This document shows, piece by piece, positions 36,857 through 48,964 of a DNA stretch of 64,000 nucleotides (positions within the stretch are counted from its first letter, which is position 1; each line of letters starts with the position of its first letter). Origin of the DNA: Octopus sinensis (Eukaryota). A program made the position numbers and the translations under genes. A model generated the notes under the pieces. It was not told the DNA's origin. It did not search any database and worked only from the letters and a program-made list of their open reading frames with translations. The stretch is taken from positions 3,534,001 to 3,598,000 of the forward strand of contig NC_042999.1 in NCBI RefSeq assembly GCF_006345805.1. The letters run 5' to 3'.

Positions 36857-37232
36857 TCAATAAATGAAAATTTATTAAATACAGATGTGGTTTAATCTTA
36901 AATATACACACATTGACAACAAAAGACAAACCAGTGTAGCAGCCTTTTTAAGGCCACATATAGCAGCCAAATCTCCCTCAAAGCATACCATCACATCTTC
37001 TGCAAAGAACACATTGGCCAATGTATTTGGTGACATGCAATTCTCACAAAAAGGATAAAATGGTCAAGGCATCAATACATTTGATCACATGACTGTCTGG
37101 TCAAGGCTGGCTTAAGGATAAACAACAGTAACAAACAGAAAATACAGCCTCTGTCCCACATTTGGGACCAATAAAATTTTTTTAATGTTTTAAGAGAATC
37201 AAATATCTCATATAATAGATGTAAATGCACTC

Positions 37233-37406
37233 CCTACACTCTCGGAGTGGTTGGCGTTAGGAAGGGCATCCAGCTGTAGAAACACTGCCAGATCAGATTG
37301 GAGCCTAGTGCAGCCATCTGGTTCGCCAGTCCTCAGTCAAATTGTCCAACCCATGCTAGCATGGAAAGCGGACGTTAAACAATGATGATGATGATGATGA
37401 TGATGA
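37233..37406 (+). mobile_element. RTE 3' end
   Basis: Ends GGACGTTAAACAATGATGATG. Confidence 0.87.
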
Positions 37407-37417
37407 ATAGACATTGT

Positions 37418-37580
37418 AGGTGCATCATGGCTATGTGGTTAAGAAGCTTGCTTCCCAATCATGTGGTTTCAGGTTCATTCCTGCTGCAAGGCATCTTGGC
37501 CTAGTGTCTTCTAGTATTGCCCTGGGCTGACCAAAGCCTTGTGAGTGGATTTAGTTGATGGAAACTGAAAGCATCCCATC
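37418..37580 (+). mobile_element. SINE family A head, diverged
   Basis: Family head sequence. Confidence 0.8.
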
Positions 37581-37583
37581 ACA

Positions 37584-37616
<33 letters not shown>

Positions 37617-37714
37617 AAGAGTTTGTATGTAACTTTATCTCAACATCACATGATAGTTGTAAATGAGCATTCCCAACATACGTGATGCAATATTCCTGCA
37701 TTTATTAAGGTAAT

Positions 37715-37915
37715 GAGCTGGCAGAGTCATTAGCACACTGGGTGAATGCTTAGCAGTATTTCATGTCTTTACGTTCTGAGTTCAAATTCTGCTGAGGTTG
37801 ACTTTGCCTTTCATCCTTTTGGGGTCAATAAATTAAGTACCAGTTGTATACTGAGGTCAATCTAATCGACTGGTCCCCTCCTCCAAAATTTCAGGCCTTG
37901 TGCCTAGCATAGAAA
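37715..37915 (+). mobile_element. SINE family B monomer
   Basis: GAGCTGGCAGAGTCATTAGCAC..GTTCTGAGTTCAAATTC..GGCCTTGTGCCTAG. Confidence 0.82.
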
Positions 37916-38368
37916 AGTATATTGTTCATTTCCTGTCTGCTGTGCAAAACATGTCTGACTATAAGGAAATATTACCTTGCTTGGAAACAGGTGGGGATTG
38001 GTAACAGGAAAACCATCCAGCTGAAGAAAACCTGCCTCAGCAAATTTTGCCTGACTCATGCAAGCATGGAAAAGTGGATGTTATGACAAGAATGATGATG
38101 ATTAATTAATGTGCTAATTGGAAAGTTTTGCAATATTTTGGTAACTTCTTTGCTTTATTCATTAGGTTACACCAAAAAGCAGGATAGCATTCAAAGTAGA
38201 GGCCATCTTTCTGTCAGTTCTTTGATCCCATATCCATACCTGTTCTTGTCCTTCGAGGTAAAGGGCTCTTTTACTGAAGCTTCCATGTCCTCTTGGTTGA
38301 TGGAGCATCATGAGCACAGGAAGTGAGCCATGGATCGGAACAAGTAATTACATGCAATTAGTTACCAA

Positions 38369-38655
38369 AATATTGACTCTACACAATATTCTGACTCTAC
38401 ACAATATTTTGACCCTACACAATATTTTGACTCTACACAATATTTTGACTATACAATATTTTGACCCTACACAATATTTTGACTCTACACAATATTTTGA
38501 CTATACAATATTTTGACCCTACAAAATATTTTGACTCTACACAATAGTTTGACTATACAATATTTTGACTCTATACAATATTTTGACCCTACAAAATATT
38601 TTGACTCTACACAATATTTTGACTATACAACATTTTGACTCTACACAGTATTTCA
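38369..38655. repeat. 18-bp minisatellite (about 16 units) with higher-order structure
   Basis: Unit TGACTCTACACAATATTT with recurring variants TGACCCTAC.. and a 16-bp TGACTATAC... Confidence 0.95.
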
Positions 38656-38859
38656 AGACAGAGAGAATGTCATATTCAAAACAATTACTCTATGCTGAAA
38701 CTAGATAAAATCTGCATGTCTTCTTTGTGCCAGAAGATCATTAATTACAAAGTAATATTTAAACCTCTGGGGTGTTAAATTGTTTAGTTAATTGCTCCTG
38801 TTTTAACTTTGTTGAATCACCTCTGAGAAACCTGTGCAAATAAGTTTTCCTCTCATCAG

Positions 38860-38901
38860 ACAGTACGAGGAAGCAATATGGAGAAAGCTTTCAGATAAAT
38901 G
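38860..38901 (+). CDS. Candidate 42-nt exon
   Basis: ttttcctctcatcag|42 nt|gtattt; (R)QYEEAIWRKLSDK(W). Confidence 0.3.
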
Positions 38902-39002
38902 GTATTTAATAACAATGCTGTTTCTAAGAAGTGTGCTTATGCATGGGCATGTGTTATTGCAATTAGCAGACAGGGGAAAAAAATCATGTGCAAATTCACA
39001 AA

Positions 39003-39372
39003 GGCATAGGATTCATTGTGTGATTAAGAAGTTTGCTTTCCAACCACAGGGTTTTGGGTTCAGTCCCACTGTGTGGCAAAAAGGGTGAGTGTCCTCTTCT
39101 ATGGCCTTGGGCCAATCAAAACCTTGTAAGTGGATTTGGTAGACGGAACGTGAATGAAGCTCAACTTATATTCACACATATATATATTTTTGAGTGGATT
39201 AACTATATACACACACATACATACATGTGCGTGTGTGTTTATCCACCACCTGTGCTTGACAACTGATGTTGGTTAGTTTGTGTCCCTGTAACTTAGCAGC
39301 TCACCAACAGAGACTGATAGAAGAAGTACCATACTTAAACAAGTAAGTAGTAGGGTCAGTTTGTATGACTAG
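39003..39372 (+). mobile_element. SINE family A, diverged
   Basis: Head and tail recognisable. Confidence 0.8.
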
Positions 39373-39374
39373 AC

Positions 39375-39890
39375 CCTGGATGCCCTTCCTAATGCTAACC
39401 ACTCTGAGAATATAGTGAGTACTTTTATGTGCCACAGGCATGAGGGCCAGTCAGGCAATATTGGCAACGATCATACTCAGATGGTGCTTTTAACATTCCA
39501 CTGGCATGAGTGTGGACAAGGTGGCACTGTCATCGACCACCAGCGATTTTGATTTCACTTGCCTCAACATGTCTTTGCAAGCAAAGTTTATTGCCTAATG
39601 AATGAAGGGTACTCATAAGTGGGCTGGTTATACACAGGTTATGGTCTCACTTGGCTTGTCAGGTCTACTGAAGCACAGCAGATCTCCAAAGGTCTCGGTC
39701 AGTAATCATTGCCTCAGTGAGGCCCAATGTTCAAAGGTTGTGCTTCACCACCTCATCCTAGGTCTTCCTCTTTCACAGGTTTCTCTCAACTGCTAGGGTG
39801 TGACACTTTTTCACACAGCTGTCCTCATCCATACACATCACATGACCATACCAGTGGATTCGTCTCTCTTGCACACCACATCTAATTCTA
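39375..39890 (-). mobile_element. RTE 3' region including the coding C-terminus
   Basis: RCGVQERRIHWYGHVMCMDEDSCVKKCHTL matches the LINE at 10213-11765. Confidence 0.85.
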
Positions 39891-40053
39891 TAGCTATATA
39901 ATGCTGATTTAGGCCTGTAACCACCTATATTAATATTGCTGTTATTATGGACTGTTTGTATTAACTTCAATAATAATAACAATATTAATATCTATATAAA
40001 TATTCAATTCTGAATATTTTTGCTGCTGATATATATATATGTGTGTGTGTGTG

Positions 40054-40548
40054 AAGGCGCATGGCTTAGTGGTTAGGGTGTTGAACTCGTGATTGTAAGG
40101 TAGTGGTTTCAATTCCTCGACCGAGCGATGCGTTGTGTTCTTGAGCAAAACACTTCATTTGATGTTGCTCCAGTCCACTCAGCTGGCAAAAATGAATAAT
40201 CCTGTGATGGACCAGTGTCCCATCCAGGTGGGGAATTTCTACGCCACTGAAAGTGGAGGCACAATGGCCCAGTGGTTAGGGCAGTAGACTCACGGTCGTA
40301 GGATCGCGGTTTCAATTCCCAGACTGGGCATTGTGAGTGTCTATTGAGCGAAAACACCCAAAGCTCCAGCAGGGGGTGGTGGCGATCTCTGCTGTACTCT
40401 TTAACCACGACTTTCTCTCACTCTTTCTTCTGTTGGCCTGCTTGCTTAGCCAGCGGGGTGGCATCATTTGAAGGCTGAAACAATGCGAAGCACATTGTGA
40501 CCAGCGATGTGTAGCAACATCTAATAGCCTGGTCGGTCACATGATCAC
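40054..40548 (+). mobile_element. Two adjacent tRNA-headed SINEs (family C-related)
   Basis: Heads AAGGCGCATGGCTTAGTGGTTAGG (40054) and GGAGGCACAATGGCCCAGTGGTTAGG (40255). Confidence 0.82.
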
Positions 40549-41414
40549 ATTATATATATATATATGTGTTGAAATTAGCATTAGCTTATCTCACTCTTTC
40601 TCACGGAACCCTAGAATTCCAAGGAATCCTGATTGAGAAACACTGTTCTACATTATAAATAAAGGAGAAGACACCAAACAGTATTGACTCTGATAAACAA
40701 AAATATGAGATGGACACGGCTGGAACACCTTTGATCTTAGATCTGCTTGAAGACTGACCTGGCACTAAACAACAACAACAAATGAAATCAATATGTGCCA
40801 CATTATCATTTCAAAGAATTTCTTTTCTTATCAAACTTTGATATGTTAGTCTATGTGCTTTCAAATATCAACATAACATAGTCTGAAAGAAGAGAATCGA
40901 TTTTGGAAAGTCTTAGAAAATAGATGTTTTCTGTGCTTCTGAAATGAAAATATATATATATATACATATATATATTTATATATACATACATATATGCAAG
41001 AGCATAATAATATATTGAATTAAACTATTAAACAAATTGATCTTGAAATAGGTAGCATATTCGAAACTATATGTTATAAATAAAAATTCAGCAGATTCTA
41101 TATGTAGAAATACAGCGTCTCGAAAACGGTCATTGAATACATCAACTGAAATATGGTAAAAATAGAAATGCAAACAATGAAATTCAATAATAAAAGTATT
41201 CAAAGTATTAATAGTAAAAATTCATTATAATATTACCAAATAACGAACACAAATGTTTTGCTTTGCTTGTTTTCTTATTTTTGTTATTTTTTTCTTTTAT
41301 AATTTCTTATATTTAGTTTTTAACCACCATTCATCTCAAGCTAGATATGTGCTGCCATTTTGTGCTCACAATGTCTGATATAATATAATATATAATGCTC
41401 GTGAATGTACCATG

Positions 41415-42190
41415 TTTCGCTCACAACCATACGGCATTCAACTCATGGTCATACAACAGCGCATGGTTTTACATTTTTCTCCTGACTATACAGCATTTGG
41501 CTCACAGCTGTACAACACTCATCACAGACATACAGCACTCGTCTCACAGCCATACAACATCCATTTCATAGCCGTACAGCACTCATTTCACAGCCATACA
41601 GCACTTGTCTCACAGCTGTATCACACTCATATGACAGCCATACAGCATTCATTTCAGTCATACAGGACTAGTCTTACAGTCATACAGCACTCATCTCAGT
41701 TGTACAGCACTCAGTTCACAGCCATACAGCACTTGTCTCACAGCTGTATCACACTCATATCACAGCCGTACAGCACTCTCTTACAGCCATACAACACTCA
41801 TCTCACAGTTGTACAGCATTTGTTTCATAACTGTACAGCACTCATCTCACAGCTGTACAGCACTTGTCTCACAGCCATACAGTATTCATCTCACAGCAGT
41901 ACAGCTCTAGTCTCACAGCTCTACAACACTTAACATAGCCATACAGCACTCGGCACACAGCCAGACAGCACTCTCTTACAGTCGTATAGCATTCGTTTCA
42001 TAGCTGCACAGCACTCACTCACACCCATACAACACTAGTCTCACAGCCCTACAACACTCTCACACAGCCATACCGTGTTCTCTAGTCTCACAGCTGTACA
42101 ACACTTGACATAGCCATACAGCAGTCGGCACACAGCCTGGCAGCCCTTTGTATACAATCATACAGCATTTAGCTCACAGCCATACAGTAT
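41415..42190. repeat. Degenerate 20-23-bp minisatellite, about 780 bp
   Basis: Unit approximately ACAGCACTCATCTCACAGCCAT. Confidence 0.9.
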
Positions 42191-42432
42191 TTGGTACATG
42201 ATTGTACAGCATTCAACCCCTTATTATAATGTTATGGGTTCAGCTTTTGCTCAGACTGGTAGCATATCATACCCTTGAGCAAAATACTTCATTTCACATT
42301 TCTCAAGTCTACAGATTTACAGAGACTAATAAGTGGGTGCCAGCTAGGTACTGGTGCAGCTCCTCACCACCATCAACTGTCACATGCTATATTTCCCACT
42401 GAGTCAAGAGGTGAGTGGGAGTTCTGAACAAG

Positions 42433-42834
42433 GTGTAGGAGTGGCTGCGTGGTAAGTAGCTTGCTTACCAACCACATGGTTCCGGGTTCAGTTCCACTGC
42501 GTGGCACCTTGGGCAAGTGTCTTCTACTATAGCCTCGGGCTGACCAAAGCCTTGTGAGTGGATTTGGTAGATGGAAACTGAAAGAAGCCCGTCATATATA
42601 TGTATATATATGTGTGTGTGAGGATATGTTTGTGTGCCTGTGTTTGTCCCCCCTCCCCAACATCGCTTGACAACTGATGCTGGTGTGTTTATGTCCCGTT
42701 ACTTAGTGGTTTGGCAAAAGAAACCGATAGAATAAGTACTAGGCTTACAAAGAATAAGTCCTGGGGTCGATTTGTTCGACTAAACGCAGTGCTCCAGCAT
42801 GGCCACAGTCAAATGACTGAAACAAGTAAAAGAG
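42433..42834 (+). mobile_element. SINE family A, full length
   Basis: Complete head and tail. Confidence 0.9.
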
Positions 42835-42859
42835 TATGTGTTTATATCAACTTTTGACA

Positions 42860-43140
42860 ACATCATCATCATCATCGTTTAGCGTCCGCTTTCTGCGCTA
42901 GCACAGGTTGGACGGTTCAACCGGGGTCTGGGAAGCCAGGGACTGCACCAGGCTCCAGTCTGATCTGGCAGTGTTTCTACAGCTGGATGCCTTTCCTAAT
43001 GCCAACCACTCTGCGAGTGTAGTGGGTGCTTTTTACGTGCCACCTGCATAGGTGCAAAGGGAGTCTGGCATCGGCCATGATCGGTCGGTGCTTTTAACAT
43101 GCCACCGGCACAGAAGGCAGCCAAGGCGGCACTGGCATAG
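42860..43140 (-). mobile_element. RTE 3' end
   Basis: (CAT)n-CGTTTAGCGTCCGC..CTACAGCTGGATGCC. Confidence 0.85.
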
Positions 43141-43686
43141 GCATGGAAAAGAGTTAGTGAAAGCACAGTACATATTACCAGACTCTACCTACTTGCAAGT
43201 GATGGTTCACTGTAATATAGTTTGGTGTAATTCTATAAGTTACGCAACACTGCTACACAACCCTTGTATCACAAGACACCCATTAATGTCCATGATCTTT
43301 AACAATACTTTAAACCATTCCTTTCTTCAAGTGACAGACTTCTCTTGTAATCTATTGTATCAGCTTATCTTCTACAAGAGATTTACATAATGCTACTTCT
43401 CAAAGAAAACTCTGTAATTATGTTGTATTCACTCGTTAATTCTTCAAGTTTCCTAAACTAGAATCAAATCTAATTATTTCAATATCCAATACCAATCAAT
43501 ACCTATTGTTATCAATATTCCCTATTCTTTACAACATCGTCTCCTTTACAATAACCACAAGTGAACCCTATTCAAAGTGACCACAGTGAACCCTACTGAA
43601 AACAAAAGCCATTACTAAAAATGTTTTATCCACCGTTATCTTATTGCTGAACTTAAAAGACCGTTCCGCAGAGAGGTTTGAAACAG

Positions 43687-43746
43687 GAAATATTTCAAGA
43701 ATTTGATACAGATCAGAGGTTGCTTAATTGGTTTACAAAATCTCAG
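43687..43746 (+). CDS. Candidate exon (acceptor uncertain)
   Basis: Donor CAG|gtatca. Open as KYFKNLIQIRGCLIGLQNL (phase 2-2) or ..KQEIFQEFDTDQRLLNWFTKSQ (phase 0). Acceptor is weak. Confidence 0.2.
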
Positions 43747-44610
43747 GTATCACATTCTATTCAGAGAGCATAACAACATGACTGTAATTAAATGTCCATT
43801 ACTTTGTTAAACGACTTAGAAGAATGCCAGTGTTGTAAAATGACAGGAATTTGATAAAGTGACTTACACCGATGGTATATACATAGACAACAAATAACCG
43901 GCGCAAACAAACGAATGTGAGTGTGGAGTGAGTGAAGGAAGGAAAGAACAAAAGAGGGAGAAATTAACTTCTTTCAGCTATGTCATCGCGCACAGAATGA
44001 TTTATTGGAGAGGAAATTAAGAAATAAAATTACTCAAAACATCAGAAAGAAATAAAAAACAAAATAAAGATGTTTAAATTTTAGCTTTATTATTTTTTAA
44101 TGTGTTTTATGTAAATAGATAATAATTACAAAAGAAAAACAAAACGCTTTATTTTGTTGGTGTTTTTTGTTGTTTTTCATTTTTGTTTTTTTTTTCTTTT
44201 AGATTTATTAGCCATGCTTCAATTTTCTATTTAAATTTTAATCTTCAACCAGAATTTTCTCCTTATACATACATTACATACATCTAAACACAATCCATCA
44301 AATCGTGTCTATTGATAATTCATCAAATAATGTCAATGTCTCAGCTGAGAAAATTTGTTTTTGTTTAATAATTATTCAAAGTTGTTGATTAACTTTGGTT
44401 CAAATTAAAACAGAAACCAATAGTCCAGTTTATATATCAACAAGTATTTTTTTCTGTGAAAAAAATCAAAATATTTCACACTTCTTTAAAATACCGTTGA
44501 GTTATAACAGCTGAAAAACAGCAAATTGAACTTATCCGTAGGTTTCCAAAGAAAATTAAAAATTCTATGGAAGGCCAGAGTTGAAATGAAGCATGAGGAC
44601 TAAATTATGA

Positions 44611-44836
44611 TTGAACTCTTTCGTTACAATGTTTCTGTAGAAATATTTTCATTTCAATTGATTTGGAAAATAACCAAGAATTTAGGAAAATATTTTTGCT
44701 ATTATTAAAACAGTGCTTGAAACATAAATCAACACGAAATTTTGATGCAAGATTTTAATTTAGACCATATCTAAAAGAGAAAGTTGGCATCATAGAACTA
44801 GGAGCAGTCCAAGCGGTTTGATACAAGGAGAGTTAA
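44611..44836. mobile_element. Diverged TTAA-flanked MITE
   Basis: TTGAACTCTTTCGTTAC ... GATACAAGGAGAGTTAA. Confidence 0.5.
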
Positions 44837-44950
44837 AATATTTTTATACAATCTCTGGATTAAGAATGAATCTATATCAAGACAATTTTGTTAATTCCTC
44901 ACTTCTGCATTGTCAACAAGTTTCACATCTACAGGTGATGTTTTTAACCT

Positions 44951-45180
44951 TTAACCCTTTAGCGTTCAAATTAATGTGTCAGAAGTAATCCTTATTCATT
45001 TACATTTAAAAAAATTAAAATCTGGTATTATCTCGTAGCTTCAAGATTTGAAAGATGTAATTGTTTATTTTTAGAATGACATTGCAGGGTAGGTGTGAGA
45101 GTCTGGTTCTGGCCAGTTTGAGCATAAAAGGAGTGGAATATTCGGACCGGATATAGCTGGTTTAAACACTAAAGGGTTAA
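44951..45180. mobile_element. TTAA-flanked MITE (piggyBac/Kolobok-like ends)
   Basis: TTAA-CCCTTTAG ... CTAAAGGG-TTAA. Confidence 0.8.
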
Positions 45181-45222
45181 AAATATTCTGTTTGAAATAT
45201 ATGGCATTTTATTTTTTCAAAG

Positions 45223-45296
45223 ATTAGAAACTTTTGTAAAGAAAAAAACAGCAGGGATGCTTTGTGCTGCACAAAAACCGCAGGAGTTATTTGAAG
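45223..45296 (+). CDS. Candidate coding exon of an unidentified gene
   Basis: ttttattttttcaaag|74 nt|gtatta; (R)LETFVKKKTAGMLCAAQKPQELFE(G); phase-compatible with 48965. Confidence 0.5.
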
Positions 45297-45589
45297 GTAT
45301 TAGAAGTTCTTATGATGAGTAAAGCTATCACAATGCTGGAAACCATTTTTACCTTCAGCAGGTATCTCAAGGCTATAAGCATTTCACCCCTTTTGCCTGT
45401 ATGCTTTCACCTGCAGCCAAATGCCCTTCTTACAGCCAACCCTCCCTGTTTCCAAGCAAGGCAATATCATGGCCAGACATGATTTCACAGTGGACTGGAA
45501 ATGAAGGACACTGTTTGTATGAGAGACATGCTTGTTTATATCTCCTGCATGATGTCAAGAAAAGGAGACATAAACACACATATATTACC

Positions 45590-45800
45590 AGTACTGCCTG
45601 ATGGCCCTCATGCTGGTGGCACATAAAAGCACCCACTACACTCACGGAGTGGTTGGCGTTAGGAAGGGCATCCAGCTGTAGAAACTCTGCCAGATCAGAT
45701 TGGAGTCTGGTGCAGCCATCTGGTTTGCCAGACCTTAGTCAAATCATGCAACCCATGCTAGCATGGAAAGCGGACGTTAAGCGATGATGATGATGATGAT
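45590..45800 (+). mobile_element. RTE 3' end
   Basis: Ends GGACGTTAAGCGATGATGATG. Confidence 0.87.
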
Positions 45801-45917
45801 ATTCATATATATATATAGAAACTTAAAGTTGGGAGATATGAGAGGTAAATATATATAAATTTAACCCTGTGACTTCCATAACGTTACAGCTGATTCACAA
45901 ACCTCCACATATATTAA

Positions 45918-46202
45918 TTTCAGTATGGAAGAAATAACACATACACATTTTCATTAATGCGTATGCTCAGCATCATGTAATACAATTATATATTCAAGAA
46001 TTAATGCAAATGAAGCTAGCTCGTCAGATCACTGGGATGTCATGCTTACACTAACGATCCAACTCAATTCACTATGTTATTCCAATGATCTAATGAGCTA
46101 GCTTCCTTTATTTGCATTAATTTGTGAATATACAATTGTATTTTATTATGCTAAGCATTATATTAATGCAAACTTGTACGCATTATGTCTTCCATACTGA
46201 AA
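45918..46202. mobile_element. Fold-back element with about 120-bp imperfect inverted arms
   Basis: TTTCAGTATGGAAGA..TTAATGCAAATGAAGCTAGCTC / GAGCTAGCTTCC..TTTGCATTAA..TCTTCCATACTGAAA. Confidence 0.75.
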
Positions 46203-46494
46203 TACTAAAAAGAAGATGGCCATAATCCAATGGCAATCACATGGTGAAATAAATATAAATTCCCCTCTCGTAGCTTCTGACTTTATGGCTTTATATATTC
46301 CTCATGAAATAATTGCATTGACTGGATTTTCCAAATTTCCAGTTGCACGGACACTTAGGAACACACTTCTTTCTAATTAATTACTATAGGAACTGATAGC
46401 CGAGTCTGTTAGAGGAGCTTTCTGTGACAGCTGCAGAATTCTCTAAATCCACATCTTATACTACTCATATGTGTGTGTGTGTGAGAGAGAGAGA

Positions 46495-46925
46495 AGGTGC
46501 ATGGCTCAGTGGTTAAGGTGCTGCACTCCCGATTGCGAGATTGTGGGTTCGATTCTCAGACTGGGTATTGCGTTGTGTTCTTGAGCAAAAAACTTCATTT
46601 CAGGTTGCTCTGCAGTCAGTTCATCATCTGACATGTGGAACCCGTTGCACCTGTACAGGTAATGTCGATTCGGGGAAGAGAGTGAGCTTATGTATACACA
46701 CACATTTGCTCACAATAAACAAATCATCTGTGGTTGTTCAGTAAGAAATTGTTGAAGAACACTCATATGTCATCTAACAACAGGAGAGTCCATTATATAT
46801 ATATATCACATGATCACGTGACCGACCAGGCTATCAGATGTTGTTACACATCGCTGGTCACAATGCGCTTCGCATTGTTTTAGCCTTCAAATGAAGCCAC
46901 CCCGCTGGCTAAGCGAGCAGGCCAA
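46495..46925. mobile_element. Family C-related SINE (+) and SINE tail fragment (-)
   Basis: Head AAGGTGCATGGCTCAGTGGTTAAGG; 46805-46925 is the reverse complement of about 40430-40548. Confidence 0.78.
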
Positions 46926-46944
46926 TATATATATATATATATAT

Positions 46945-47147
46945 GGCCCCTGGTCCCTGTAATGGTGGCACGTAAAAAGCACCCACTACACTCACAGAGT
47001 GGTTGGCGTTAGGAAGTGCATCCAGCTGTAGAAACACTGCCAGATCAGACTGGAGCCTGATGCAGCCTCCTGGCTTCCCAGACCCCGGTTGAACCGTCCA
47101 ACACATGCTAGCATAGAAAACGGATGTTAAACGATGATGATGATGAT
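46945..47147 (+). mobile_element. RTE 3' end
   Basis: Ends GGATGTTAAACGATGATGATG. Confidence 0.87.
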
Positions 47148-47690
47148 AATATATATATATATATAAATAATGGAGAAATTATAAAAAATTGTATAAATAG
47201 ATGATGAGTAAAGTACTGGCACAGTTTCGGATACCTGCAGTTATCAGTAGATTTATTGCAGGAACTTCTTAGTGGTGGTTGGGGTAACAGTATTAATAAA
47301 ATAGGAGATGGAATGTGTAGCAGACTTTATTGAGTACAACACATGTTTCGACCTGTTCTGGATCTCTTTGGGTACATCAATGAAAAGTTTCACTAGAGAT
47401 TTCCTGAGTCAGCTTACGTACCGCTATATGTCCATCAAATTCGAGAATGATTAAAAGCAGAGAAAAATGATTGAAACACGAAAAAGTCAAATATGAACGT
47501 GAAAATTATACATTCTATTTGAGAGAAAATGATGTAATGAGCCTTCGCTGTTGTAAGTGTAAAGAGAAAGAAAAGGAAGTAGAAGTTGAAAGGAAGATAA
47601 CACTTAGATGAAAATGTTTTGTGTTCATGCTTAAACACACATATACATACAGATCATATATATATATATGTATATGTGTGTATATATATA

Positions 47691-47729
<39 letters not shown>

Positions 47730-47780
47730 TATACATACGTGTTCACACACGCACATCCAAGTATATGGGCATATATAACA

Positions 47781-48060
47781 CATAGTGGTTAAGAGCGCAG
47801 GCTACTAACCCCAAGATTCCGAGTTTGATTCCAAGCAGTGACCTGAATAATAATAATAGTAATAATAATAATAATAATAATAACAACATCGAAAAATACC
47901 CAGGTTCGAAATTTCCCCAAGACACCTGATGAAGGCTGGAGAGTATATCAGCTGAAACGGGTTAACAACAAACAAGATGAGGACAAATATCTGTCAAATG
48001 TAAATAATGTAAATAATGTAAATAATGTACATAATGCCTCGTCTTTTAAATATAGAACTG
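47781..48060 (+). mobile_element. tRNA-headed SINE with (AAT)n spacer and hammerhead-like tail
   Basis: Head TAGTGGTTAAGAGCGCAGGCTACTAACCCCAAGATTCCGAGTTTGATTCC; tail contains GACAC-CTGATGA-AGGCTGGA-GAGTATA-TCAGCT-GAAAC. Confidence 0.7.
47921..47963 (+). ncRNA. Degraded minimal hammerhead-like motif
   Basis: CTGATGA core, stem II GGCTG/CAGCT, GAAAC; cleavage triplet and stem I 3' strand are decayed in this copy. Confidence 0.45.
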
Positions 48061-48061
48061 A

Positions 48062-48220
48062 GGCTTCTTTTAGTTTCTGCCAACAAAGTCCACTAACGAG
48101 GCTTTGGTCAGTCCAGAGTTATAGCTGAAGACACTAACCGAAGGAGCCACACAGTGGGACTGAACCTGAAATTACACATCAGGGAACTGGAATTGTTAAC
48201 TACACAGTAATGCCATGCTT
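48062..48220 (-). mobile_element. SINE family A head, diverged
   Basis: AGGCTTCTTTTAGTTTCTGCC..CAGTGGGACTGAACC. Confidence 0.78.
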
Positions 48221-48964
48221 TATCGTAATAGCTAAAAGCATTTCTGTCTGATATTACAAAGCAGAGACCATTTTGTACAAAAAGATGCACACATGTACAA
48301 ACAGGACATGACAGCATCTCAGACACACAGATATTTAAAACTCTTCGTTAAATGATGAAATAATTAAGACTCGGTTATTATTAGAAACATGCGTGTACTA
48401 AACCAAGACAAACGGTTAAGTAAAAGAAACAGATAGCTGTTCGGCAGAGACAAGTGGAAATTAATTTTACATTACATAGTAAAGAATGAATATTTGACAC
48501 CAACTTTTCTAGCAAAGGTGACAGAAATATTATTGCATGAGAGAACATGCTGTCATATTTAACACTCATAATCTCAGCCTCCGGTCACTATGATAAATTA
48601 TCTCTCAACACTCATGGGTCATTTCATTCTGTACATCAAATTATAAATATGGATACTGGTTATCTTTCCAAAACATGAATAATTTTTCAAATACGTAATT
48701 TCCAAAACGTCTCCATATCTACATGCAAAGTTTTATCAATTGCAATGCCTGCAAACCTTTCAGATCCAACAAAACAACCACAGTTTTCAAAATGTTTCAA
48801 CATGGAAAACAAATACAATGATTAATATCATTCCATTTGATTCGTAGCAGAAACACGTTCGCACTTCGTGGTTTATCCATTTTGCTTGTAAATGCAAGCG
48901 AAATGGATAAATTTTGCTTGTAATTTCTTATTTAGAGTTTTGTGAAACCTTTATATTTATGCAG

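Noticed and set aside
38369-38655. CRISPR-like periodicity
   Set aside because: No unique spacers, no cas genes, eukaryotic context; it is a head-to-tail minisatellite.
40985-41146. Minus-strand exon DVFNDRFRDAVFLHIESAEFLF..
   Set aside because: The donor falls in a microsatellite edge, the composition is AT-driven, and no partner exon could be justified.
43978-44055. Terminal exon LCHRAQNDLLERKLRNKITQNIRKK*
   Set aside because: Good acceptor, but it conflicts with the better-supported continuation to 45223 and has no independent support.
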